A stretch of DNA of 18,079 nt from a virus (lineage: Duplodnaviria; Heunggongvirae; Uroviricota; Caudoviricetes), in the IMG/VR virus record IMGVR_UViG_2698536536_000001, positions 1 through 18,079 of that record; one strand, 5' to 3'. The position numbers and the translations under genes were made by a program. A model generated the notes under the pieces. That model saw only the letters and a list, made by a program, of their open reading frames with translations, was not told the DNA's origin and made no database searches. Of this stretch, positions 1 to 7,263 are shown one piece after another (positions within the stretch are counted from its first letter, which is position 1; the number at the start of each line of letters is the position of its first letter).

Positions 1-318
1 ATGAAAAAGATAGCTGCTATATCATTAATTAGTATTTTTATTATGTCTGGTTGTGCTGTGCATAATGATGAGACAAGTATCGGTAAATTTGGTCTTGCAT
101 ATAAAAGTAATATTCAGCGTAAACTCGATAACCAATACTACACCGAAGCCGAAGCTTCTTTAGCCAGGGGTAGAATATCTGGTGCAGAAAATATAGTAAA
201 AAATGATGCAGCCCATTTCTGTGTTACTCAGGGCAAAAAAATGCAGATAGTTGACCTGAAGACAGAAGGTGCAGGATTACATGGCGTCACTCGTCTGACA
301 TTCAAATGTGGAGAGTGA
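1..318 (+). CDS. yegR: Small putative lipoprotein, 105 aa, host flanking gene
   Basis: Complete ORF from position 1. N-terminal signal peptide with lipobox-like IMSGC. Size and position next to the yegQ/cyaR/P2-remnant locus match my recollection of E. coli yegR; not verified by search. Confidence 0.55.
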   Translation: MKKIAAISLISIFIMSGCAVHNDETSIGKFGLAYKSNIQRKLDNQYYTEAEASLARGRISGAENIVKNDAAHFCVTQGKKMQIVDLKTEGAGLHGVTRLTFKCGE

Positions 319-476
319 GAATATTTTTTGGTAAGCGTCAAATATGCGCGTTCTGGCTGTGCGTAGCCGGAACCTGTGCGAGCACGATGCCGTTACGTGA
401 AAGGCATCGTGCTATGAAGGGAGATTCTATCGATGTGGTCAATGGAAGACGGTGACCAGGGATAGGGCTTATGCAT

Positions 477-503
477 AAAAAATAAGCCCGTGTAAGGGAG
501 ATT
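477..503. repeat. Left copy of 27-bp P2 att core (aaaaaataagcccgtgtaagggagatt)
   Basis: Exact 27-bp direct repeat of 16547..16573. It sits about 80 bp from the 3' end of int, as expected for a P2-type prophage junction. Confidence 0.8.
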
Positions 504-582
504 TAGGGTGTCACCAGTAGGGGCTTTCAACGGTACAATGCGGGTTTGAGCGGCATAAATTACCACTGAAAGCCCTTAAACG

Positions 583-1596
583 TTACTCTACTGTGGACAC
601 TGTGTGGACACTCTCGGCCTCAGTACCACCTCTTAGCGGATTAAGAGAAATGGCGTCCTGAAGGTACTCTGGCGCAAAATGAGCGTAAACCATAGTTTGC
701 TCAATCCGCGTGTGACCTAGTATCCGTTGTAGCGTGATAATACTTCCTCCATTAATCATGAAATGAGTGGCAAAGCTGTGCCTTAGTGCATGTGTGGCTT
801 GCCCCATTGGCAAATCCGGTTTTATTGCTTTCATTGTTCTTCTGAAGCGAGGGTAATCAGCATCAGGGAATAAAAAACCTCGTTTGTTATCCGCGATCAT
901 TTTGGCAACAGCCTCTGAGATCGGGACGGTGCGTGGTTTGTTTGTTTTCGTTTTAACAAACGTGACGCGGTTATGGATGATATTTTCTGCTTTCAAACGA
1001 GCTGCTTCTCCCCAACGTGCTCCTGTACTCAGGCAAAGAATCGCAATCTTTTTGTTGTCGCCGTCAAGTGCTGCAAGCAGTAAGGCAATTTCTTCCTGTG
1101 TGAGATAGCCTGTTTCTGGTTTTTCCTCCTTAAGCCTCTTTGTCCCTCTGATAGGGTGCTCACCAAAGAATAACTCCGCTTCAATCAGGGCTGTAAACAT
1201 GCCGCTAATACATGTTAAATCACGATTGATACTCGAAGGTTTAATACCCTGACTTCTTCGGGTGGCGCAGTACTGGCTGATAAGGGATTTCGTGATTTGA
1301 AATGCGCATGGGTCATTCGTTATTTTTGTGAAGATTTCAATTTTTCCAAGATTAGATTTCCCATGCTCTTCGTGTTTACCCTTTAAATCCCACCAGATCT
1401 GTGTCAGTTCCGACAGACGTCGTTTGTCTGTTGGTTTTGATAGCCATTCTTTATTGTGGTGGTTGTACAACGTGTATTTTTCGAAAGCGACAGCTTCGCT
1501 TTTCTTATCAAACTTCCTACGGATGCGTTTTCCGTTACGTCCAGTAGGGCGGATGTCCACTTCATATCGACCATCATCGAGTTTTTTGATTGCCAT
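583..1596 (-). CDS. int: P2-type tyrosine integrase, 337 aa
   Basis: C-terminal catalytic region carries R (TGARWGE), HALRHSF (H-x-x-R), LGHT and YAHF, the tyrosine-recombinase residues. Length equals the 337 aa I recall for P2 Int. It is at the prophage end next to the att core. Good SD (ggaggg) upstream of the ATG. Confidence 0.9.
   Translation of the reverse strand: MAIKKLDDGRYEVDIRPTGRNGKRIRRKFDKKSEAVAFEKYTLYNHHNKEWLSKPTDKRRLSELTQIWWDLKGKHEEHGKSNLGKIEIFTKITNDPCAFQITKSLISQYCATRRSQGIKPSSINRDLTCISGMFTALIEAELFFGEHPIRGTKRLKEEKPETGYLTQEEIALLLAALDGDNKKIAILCLSTGARWGEAARLKAENIIHNRVTFVKTKTNKPRTVPISEAVAKMIADNKRGFLFPDADYPRFRRTMKAIKPDLPMGQATHALRHSFATHFMINGGSIITLQRILGHTRIEQTMVYAHFAPEYLQDAISLNPLRGGTEAESVHTVSTVE
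592..611. promoter_or_regulatory. Putative Int arm-type binding sites, two direct TGTGGACAC repeats 11 bp apart
   Basis: tgtggacac occurs at 592..600 and 603..611, overlapping the 3' end of int. Related TGTGG(A/T)C motifs occur beside the right att core (16483..16513). Assignment as Int arm sites is inference from position. Confidence 0.4.
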
Positions 1597-1711
1597 CAGA
1601 AAACCCTCCGAGTGGTACTTTTTTTTGCTACTACTAATCGCTTTTTTCGTGGTGGCTGAAATTTAGCCACCAATAGTAGGCACTTGTGATGAATATATTC
1701 GCGATAAATTG

Positions 1712-2011
1712 TTAACCAGTCTTTTGACCGGAGTGGGGCGACGTTGTTTCGTTTTGCCCAAAGTGTGCGAGAGCGGGCGCAATTTGCCCGGCTTCTGGAG
1801 CTACCTGATCAGTCATGAACCACAAAGTATATTTAGTAAATCTGGGATGTTGTAAGACCTTCATTATGGCTTCAACTCCAGCGTTTTTTGACCGGCTCTC
1901 ATAGCTCGAAAGTGAGCTGTAGGCTACACCAGTTAATTCACTGAATTCTTTACGGTTTAACCTTTCAGATTCACGGATTAGCTTCAACTTCTCCGAAACG
2001 TCTATTGACAT
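1712..2011 (-). CDS. C: P2-type immunity repressor C, 99 aa from internal Met (ORF track starts further upstream at 2083)
   Basis: C-terminal sequence ...QIAPALAHFGQNETTSPHSGQKTG and the ...TKYTLWFMT... segment match recalled P2 C repressor. 99 aa from MSIDVSEKL. Divergent from cox, upstream of int as in P2. Confidence 0.8.
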   Translation of the reverse strand: MSIDVSEKLKLIRESERLNRKEFSELTGVAYSSLSSYESRSKNAGVEAIMKVLQHPRFTKYTLWFMTDQVAPEAGQIAPALAHFGQNETTSPHSGQKTG

Positions 2012-2132
2012 AATTACTCCGATTGCGTAATTTCTTGCTGATAGTGTGAAATGTTGCGCTTCTGGAGTTATCCTTTTAGGCAATAATTAGCCATTAGGAG
2101 CCATTAGAAGCACTAAGGGAGAATCGTAGCAG
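2012..2132. promoter_or_regulatory. Early control region between C and cox (Pc/Pe-type face-to-face promoters with operator-like repeats)
   Basis: Divergent intergenic region. Direct repeats ccattag(g/a)a at 2091..2099 and 2101..2109, and TTAG recurring with about 10-bp periodicity across 2076..2107. SD aagggaga precedes the cox ATG. Exact promoter hexamers not assigned. Confidence 0.45.
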
Positions 2133-2408
2133 ATGAATAGACAGCTTGTAAGCGTGACTGATGCCGTGCCTTATCAGGAGTTTGCAAAACTCATTGGTAA
2201 AACTCCAAGAGCTGTAAGGGGCATGATTGAGAAAGGGAAATTACCAGTTATTGAGATTACTGACCCTCAGTCAGTATCGGGGCGTGCTGGTGAATATTGG
2301 GTATACCTTCCGGCATGGAATAACGGACTAAAACTGGCTTATGAAAGCCGTCCTAAAGAGATTCGTGACGGCTGGTTGATGTGGTTAGGTCTCGGTGAAC
2401 CACGTTAA
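2133..2408 (+). CDS. cox: Cox excisionase / early transcriptional regulator, 91 aa
   Basis: Strong similarity to recalled P2 Cox (…PYQEFAKLIGK…GKLPVI…TDPQS.SGRAGEYWVYLPAWNNGLKLAYESRPKEIRDGWLMWLGLGEPR). Size and position match. Confidence 0.85.
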   Translation: MNRQLVSVTDAVPYQEFAKLIGKTPRAVRGMIEKGKLPVIEITDPQSVSGRAGEYWVYLPAWNNGLKLAYESRPKEIRDGWLMWLGLGEPR

Positions 2409-2418
2409 GGAGAACCGT

Positions 2419-2589
2419 ATGAATGAGCCTCGTTGTATTGCTCAGTTATTGCGTAACGAAAGCCCCAGGGCGATTGACTTCACCATCACCCACGGTAAGG
2501 GGCGTAAGGGAATCATTATCCGTACCAAAAAACAGAGTCCGTTAAAAAAGGCTCTGAGCTTTCTGAAAAGCCGGAGGGTCTGGAAATGA
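2419..2589 (+). CDS. Small early-region protein, P2 orf78-like position
   Basis: ORF directly after cox. Start chosen at the ATG preceded by aaggag (the ORF track starts at 2395). Function unknown. Confidence 0.45.
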   Translation: MNEPRCIAQLLRNESPRAIDFTITHGKGRKGIIIRTKKQSPLKKALSFLKSRRVWK

Positions 2590-3086
2590 CAGTGATGACA
2601 CTTAATCTCGTTGAAAAACAGCCAGCAGCTATGCGCCGGATAATTGGTAAGCATCTGGCCGTCCCTCGCTGGCAGGAGACATGCGATTATTATAATCAGA
2701 TGATGGAACGCGAACGGCTAACGGTTTGCTTCCATGCGCAGTTAAAACAGCGTCACGCAACGATGCGTTTTGAAGAAATGAACGACGTCGAACGTGAACG
2801 GCTGGTTTGTGCAATTGATGAACTGCGTGGGGCATTCTCAAAACGCCGTCAGGTCGGTGCAAGTGAGTATGCATATATTAGCTTTTTAACTGTCAGTCAG
2901 CGCCGTACTTTATTTATGCATGCCGGATTGACTGAAAAAGAATTCAACCAGCCATACTGGCGAATTAATGAAGAATCATGTTACTGGCGTGATGCCTTAT
3001 TCCGTGCATTACGTGAATTATTCAGCCTGTTTGAGTATGCACCGACAATTCTGACGTCGGTAAAACCAGAGCAATATCTGCATTAA
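2586..3086 (+). CDS. B: Replication gene B protein (helicase loader-like), 166 aa
   Basis: Position after cox/orf78 and length identical to the 166 aa I recall for P2 B. Start overlaps the preceding stop (ATGA), suggesting translational coupling. Confidence 0.75.
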   Translation: MTVMTLNLVEKQPAAMRRIIGKHLAVPRWQETCDYYNQMMERERLTVCFHAQLKQRHATMRFEEMNDVERERLVCAIDELRGAFSKRRQVGASEYAYISFLTVSQRRTLFMHAGLTEKEFNQPYWRINEESCYWRDALFRALRELFSLFEYAPTILTSVKPEQYLH

Positions 3087-3149
3087 GTAATTAACCAGAG
3101 TTTTTAACGCACTTAATTGTGCGGGGCTTCTTTTTGCCTGGAGAAAGTC

Positions 3150-3374
3150 ATGCATACAGTTTCTGAAAATCAGTGCGGTAAATACGCATTACTGCTGCAA
3201 CAGGCCAGAACCGAAGCACAGGCCGACGCAGCGACACGCTTTTCTTCTCATCTTGACGCCATGATTCGCCACATCACAAAGGCGGAGTTATCCCGCGTAG
3301 AGATAGTCGAGCTGCTCAGTCAGGAGTCGGAAAAATTTCACAATATCGGATTGTCTCGCGGGGAGGTGCTTTGA
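3150..3374 (+). CDS. Hypothetical early-region protein (P2 orf80 position)
   Basis: ORF with SD-like ggaga before the internal ATG at 3150; the ORF track starts at 3117. Synteny only. Confidence 0.45.
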   Translation: MHTVSENQCGKYALLLQQARTEAQADAATRFSSHLDAMIRHITKAELSRVEIVELLSQESEKFHNIGLSRGEVL

Positions 3375-3676
3375 TGTCCTGTTCTCGTTCAGTTGTATTA
3401 CTGAATAACGCCTTAAAAATCACCGTTATGAAAAATGGCGATCTATCTCTTATTCAACTTGGTCTTGATAAAGAAAAACGCGAAATAACTGAGTCTGTTA
3501 TCGCGATTTATCAGAACGAATTAAATCTCCTGTCTGATGTGGTCAATTTACTTGTTAAACGCGCTGTATTTCACAAGCAAATCTCCTCCGTGGATGAACT
3601 GACGAAATTAACGACAGAAATTGCCAGCTATTGCGCTGATGAATTTAAAAAACTGAACGACAAAAGGAACTGGTAA
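3371..3676 (+). CDS. Hypothetical early-region protein (P2 orf81 position)
   Basis: ORF whose start overlaps the previous stop. AT-richer than neighbours. Synteny only. Confidence 0.45.
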   Translation: MMSCSRSVVLLNNALKITVMKNGDLSLIQLGLDKEKREITESVIAIYQNELNLLSDVVNLLVKRAVFHKQISSVDELTKLTTEIASYCADEFKKLNDKRNW

Positions 3677-3900
3677 TGCCGGACAACGTAGATTTTATTC
3701 AGGAACAACAGGCTGAATTACTGGAGCGTCAGATTAACGCGGCAAGGGTAAAACATTGCGGAGCTTCTGCGCTGGTTTGCGAAGAGTGTGACGTGCCAAT
3801 ACCTGCTGCCCGTCGTGCGGCTTATCCGTCAGCCACGCGTTGTGTTTCCTGCCAGTCAGTCTTTGAAGCAAAAAACAAACATTACCGGAGAACGGCATGA
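3676..3900 (+). CDS. TraR/DksA-family C4 zinc-finger protein (P2 orf82 position)
   Basis: Translation contains C-x2-C-x17-C-x2-C (CEEC…17 residues…CVSC), the DksA/TraR zinc-finger spacing. 74 aa. Confidence 0.6.
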   Translation: MPDNVDFIQEQQAELLERQINAARVKHCGASALVCEECDVPIPAARRAAYPSATRCVSCQSVFEAKNKHYRRTA

Positions 3901-4172
3901 GTATTCGTATTGAAATTGGCGAACGTTATGTCGTTACCAGTGACAGCTTTCAGTTTATTCTCCACGAGAAAAAGAGAGCGGAAAGCGGTAAAAACGCCGG
4001 TCAGGAATGGCTGGCGGTGGTTGGTTATTATCCGAAATTAAGCCAGCTCGTTTCCGGCCTGATGCATCACGATATTCTGACCGGAAGCGCAAAGTCTTTT
4101 GCTGATTTAAACGCGCAGGTTGAGCAACTCAGCAGGCGTTGTTCAGAGGCTTTTGGCTCATATGGCCGTTAA
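3897..4172 (+). CDS. Hypothetical early-region protein (P2 orf83 position)
   Basis: ORF overlapping both neighbours (ATGA-type junctions). Synteny only. Confidence 0.45.
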   Translation: MSIRIEIGERYVVTSDSFQFILHEKKRAESGKNAGQEWLAVVGYYPKLSQLVSGLMHHDILTGSAKSFADLNAQVEQLSRRCSEAFGSYGR

Positions 4173-5753
4173 AGCCTCCGGGCGTTTTGTCCCTCCTTCA
4201 GCATTTGCTGCAGGCACCGGTAAGGCGTTTACCGGTGCTTATGCATGGAACGCGCCACGCGAGGCCGTCGGGCGCGAAAGACCCCTTACACGTGACGAGA
4301 TGCGTCAGGTGCAAGGTGTTTTATCCACGATTAACCGCCTGCCTTACTTTTTGCGCTCGCTGTTTACTTCACGCTATGACTACATCCGGCGCAATAAAAG
4401 CCCGGTATTGAGCGTTACGCCGCCGCAGAGGGTGATGTGGGGATGTTTATCACGCTGACCGCGCCGTCAAAGTATCACCCGACTCGTCAGGTCAGAAAAG
4501 GCGAAAGTAAAACCGTTCAGCTTAATCACGGCTGGAACGATGAGGCATTTAATCCAAAGGATGCGCAGCGTTATCTCTGTCGTATCTGGAGCCTGATGCG
4601 CACGGCATTCAAGGATAATGATTTACAGGCCTACGGTTTGCGTGTCGTTGAGCCACACCACGACGGAACGCCGCACTGGCATATGATGCTTTTTTGTAAT
4701 CCACGCCAGCGTAACCAGATTATTGAAATCATGCGTCGCTATGCGCTCAAAGAGGATGGCGACGAAAGAGGAGCCGCGCGAAACCGTTTTCAGGCAAAAC
4801 ACCTTAACCGGGGCGGTGCTGCGGGGTATATCGCGAAATACATCTCAAAAAACATCGATGGCTATGCACTGGATGGTCAGCTCGATAACGATACCGGCAG
4901 ACCGCTGAAAGACACTGCTGCGGCTGTTACCGCATGGGCGTCAACGTGGCGCATCCCACAATTTAAAACGGTTGGTCTGCCGACAATGGGGGCTTACCGT
5001 GAACTACGCAAATTGCCTCGCGGCGTCAGCATTGCTGATGAGTTTGACGAGCGCGTCGAGGCTGCACGCGCCGCCGCAGACAGTGGTGATTTTGCGTTGT
5101 ATATCAGCGCACAGGGTGGGGCAAATGTCCCGCGCGATTGTCAGACTGTCAGGGTCGCCCGTAGTCCGTCGGATGAAGTTAACGAGTACGAGGAAGAAGT
5201 CGAGAGAGTGGTCGGCATTTACGCGCCGCATCTCGGCGCGCGTCATATTCATATCACCAGAACGACGGACTGGCGCATTGTGCCGAAAGTTCCGGTCGTG
5301 GAGCCTTTGGCTTTAAAAAGCGGCATCGCCGCGCCTCGGAGTCCTGTCAATAACTGTGGAAAGCTCACCGGTGGTGATACTTCGTTACCGGCTCCCACAC
5401 CTTCTGAGCACGCCGCAGCAGTGCTTAATCTGGTAGATGACGGTGTTATCGAATGGAATGACCAGGAGGTCGTGAGGGCGCTCAGAGGTGCATTAAAACA
5501 CGGTCTGAGAAGACCAAACCGTCAGCAAAGAAACGGAAGCCCGTTAAAACCGCATGAAATAGCGCCATCGGCCAGACTGACCCGGTCGGAACGAATGCAA
5601 ATTACCCGTATCCGCGTTGACCTTGCTCAGAACGGTATCAGGCCGCAGCGATGGGAGCTTGAGGCGCTGGCGCGTGGTGCAATTGTGAACTATGGCGCAA
5701 AAGAATTTCATTACCATGTTCAGAAGGCGTGGGAAGCATTTTCGAGGTGGTAA
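4162..5753 (+). pseudogene. A: Rolling-circle replication initiator gene A, apparently frameshifted
   Basis: N-terminal frame MAVKASGRF… from 4162 ends at 4458. The C-terminal frame opens at 4398 and runs to 5753. The two frames are reconciled by a 1-nt change in the A4 run at 4396..4399. The C-terminal part carries an HUH motif (HHDGTPHWHMMLF) and a two-tyrosine motif (YIAKYISK). The combined length of about 530 aa is shorter than the roughly 760 aa I recall for P2 A. Confidence 0.7.
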
Positions 5754-5863
5754 TCTAAATATGAAAAATCTGCACACCGAAACACTCTTGTAGGTTGATA
5801 ATTTGCAAACTAGGTGGATTTACTCTTTGATGTGTAAGAAGTTATACTACAAAAAATTGATTT

Positions 5864-6784
5864 ATGGGCTTGGCGATGTATAACGATCCTTATAGTGACC
5901 CAAAAGCGTGGGAATCATATTTCAAAAATATTGTTTGGCTACATTATAAGCCTGCTAACTGTTGTGACTTGCCAGATGAGCATGGAGGCGACTTTGGGCT
6001 GGAGTGTTACACTCTGAGTGGTCATGTTTTTCAGTGTTACTTGCCTGAGCAGTCGAGTGATATTGATAAGCTTTATAAAGCGCAACAAAAAAAGATTTAT
6101 ACTGATATAAAAAAGTTTTCTCAGGATAACATTAAAGAATTAGAGGAGCTTTTTGGCACATTAAAAATTAGCCGCTGGATATTAGCTACACCATATAATA
6201 AATCGGCGAAATTAAGTCAATATTGCACAAAAAAATCATTAAAAGTAAGAGAGTTAGGGATTTCTTACGTTGCTGATGATTTTCAAATAGTAGTGCAAAC
6301 AGATCGAAATTATATAGAAGAAGCGTTCTTTCTTCGCAAAAATAACTATCAATTAAGCTTTAATATAAATGATGCGACGGCTGAGAATGCTGCTAACTTT
6401 ATTAGTGAAAATACATCTTTTTTAGATAAGCTAAATTTAAAATTACCTAAGATAAATGATGATGTATCTAGGCAGGGTTTATATAGAGAGTTTTTAATAC
6501 AAAAATATCTTGATTATCAAAACTTGCTGGATGCTTTGAAGAGAGACTGGGTTGATATCTATGAAATTATCTATAACTGTGTTCAACATAGAGAACGTAA
6601 TTTGGTAGGTCTCTTTCTTCTTACTTCATCAGATGCGAAACCATCAGATATAATGAAAGATGAAATCGCTTTGTTAAAGAAATGTATTGAAGAGGAAGTT
6701 AGTACGCTTAAACAGGCTGACTTGGATAAGATAACATGGGGAGTTATTTCTGATTGGCTTATAAGATGCCCTTTAGATTTTTAG
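5864..6784 (+). CDS. Cargo gene 1: unknown 306-aa protein, candidate effector of a defence operon
   Basis: Long ORF in a sharply AT-rich block directly after A, in the P2 tin/old hotspot position. N-terminal Cys/His-rich patch (NCCDLPDEHGGDFGLECYTLSGHVFQCY). No motif assignable by eye. Confidence 0.6.
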   Translation: MGLAMYNDPYSDPKAWESYFKNIVWLHYKPANCCDLPDEHGGDFGLECYTLSGHVFQCYLPEQSSDIDKLYKAQQKKIYTDIKKFSQDNIKELEELFGTLKISRWILATPYNKSAKLSQYCTKKSLKVRELGISYVADDFQIVVQTDRNYIEEAFFLRKNNYQLSFNINDATAENAANFISENTSFLDKLNLKLPKINDDVSRQGLYREFLIQKYLDYQNLLDALKRDWVDIYEIIYNCVQHRERNLVGLFLLTSSDAKPSDIMKDEIALLKKCIEEEVSTLKQADLDKITWGVISDWLIRCPLDF

Positions 6785-6785
6785 A

Positions 6786-7262
6786 ATGGAAAAGCAAATG
6801 CATATAACGATAGATGAAATAATAGGAAGGCCGTTTACGTTTAATAAACGACCTGAACATTTGCCATGTGATATGAGACCATTGTGGCGTTGCAGTTTGT
6901 TGCTGATAATATTCCTTGTCACAGGGAGAGCTGGTTGCTGTTCTTTAAAAAAACTTCATTTAATTAATTGGATGTTAAAGTCAGAGAATAATGAAGCAAT
7001 GTTTGAATTCTGGCTTTTAAACAAAGAAGGTTTAAAGCCTGAAGTAAGATTGGATCCAACTTTAGATAGAGCAATACAGCTATTATTAGCAGAGGATTTT
7101 ATTTTGAGAAATGAACGAGCGTTCAAAATAAATGAAAAGGGGCTTAAGGTCGCTGAGAAATTGCTTTCTCTTGATGTGTTCAAAGAAGAAAGGTTGGTGC
7201 TAAATAAACATAAGGCTGGACTGTCCGAAACTAACATTAATAAAATATTTCAGGTGGGTTAA
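6786..7262 (+). CDS. Cargo gene 2: unknown 158-aa protein
   Basis: Starts 2 bp after the gene 1 stop and ends 1 bp before gene 3. Same AT-rich composition. Contains one hydrophobic stretch (LWRCSLLLIIFLVTG). Confidence 0.55.
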   Translation: MEKQMHITIDEIIGRPFTFNKRPEHLPCDMRPLWRCSLLLIIFLVTGRAGCCSLKKLHLINWMLKSENNEAMFEFWLLNKEGLKPEVRLDPTLDRAIQLLLAEDFILRNERAFKINEKGLKVAEKLLSLDVFKEERLVLNKHKAGLSETNINKIFQVG

Positions 7263-7263
7263 T

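Noticed and set aside
319-582. tRNA or tmRNA gene as integration target
   Set aside because: No cloverleaf-compatible sequence or CCA-adjacent acceptor stem was found. The att core instead matches the 3' end of the sRNA cyaR, the known P2-type site.
884-1666. Plus-strand ORFs 884..1108, 1328..1666 and 1456..1659
   Set aside because: They are antisense to or overlap the integrase gene, which has intact catalytic motifs and a good SD.
1650-1672. Hairpin tggtggct-gaaattt-agccacca between C and int as a terminator
   Set aside because: On the minus strand, the direction of C and int, the hairpin is followed by A-rich and not U-rich sequence. On the plus strand the T-run precedes the stem. It does not fit an intrinsic terminator in either direction.
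2012-2083. N-terminal extension of repressor C (ORF track start at 2083)
   Set aside because: A 99-aa product from the ATG at 2009..2011 matches the length I recall for P2 C. The extension would run through the operator/promoter region.
5795-5848. Sigma70 promoter for the cargo operon (TTGATA/TTGCAA and TATACT hexamers)
   Set aside because: Candidate -35 and -10 hexamers exist, but none pair with 16-18 bp spacing. A promoter is likely in this AT-rich leader, but I cannot place it.
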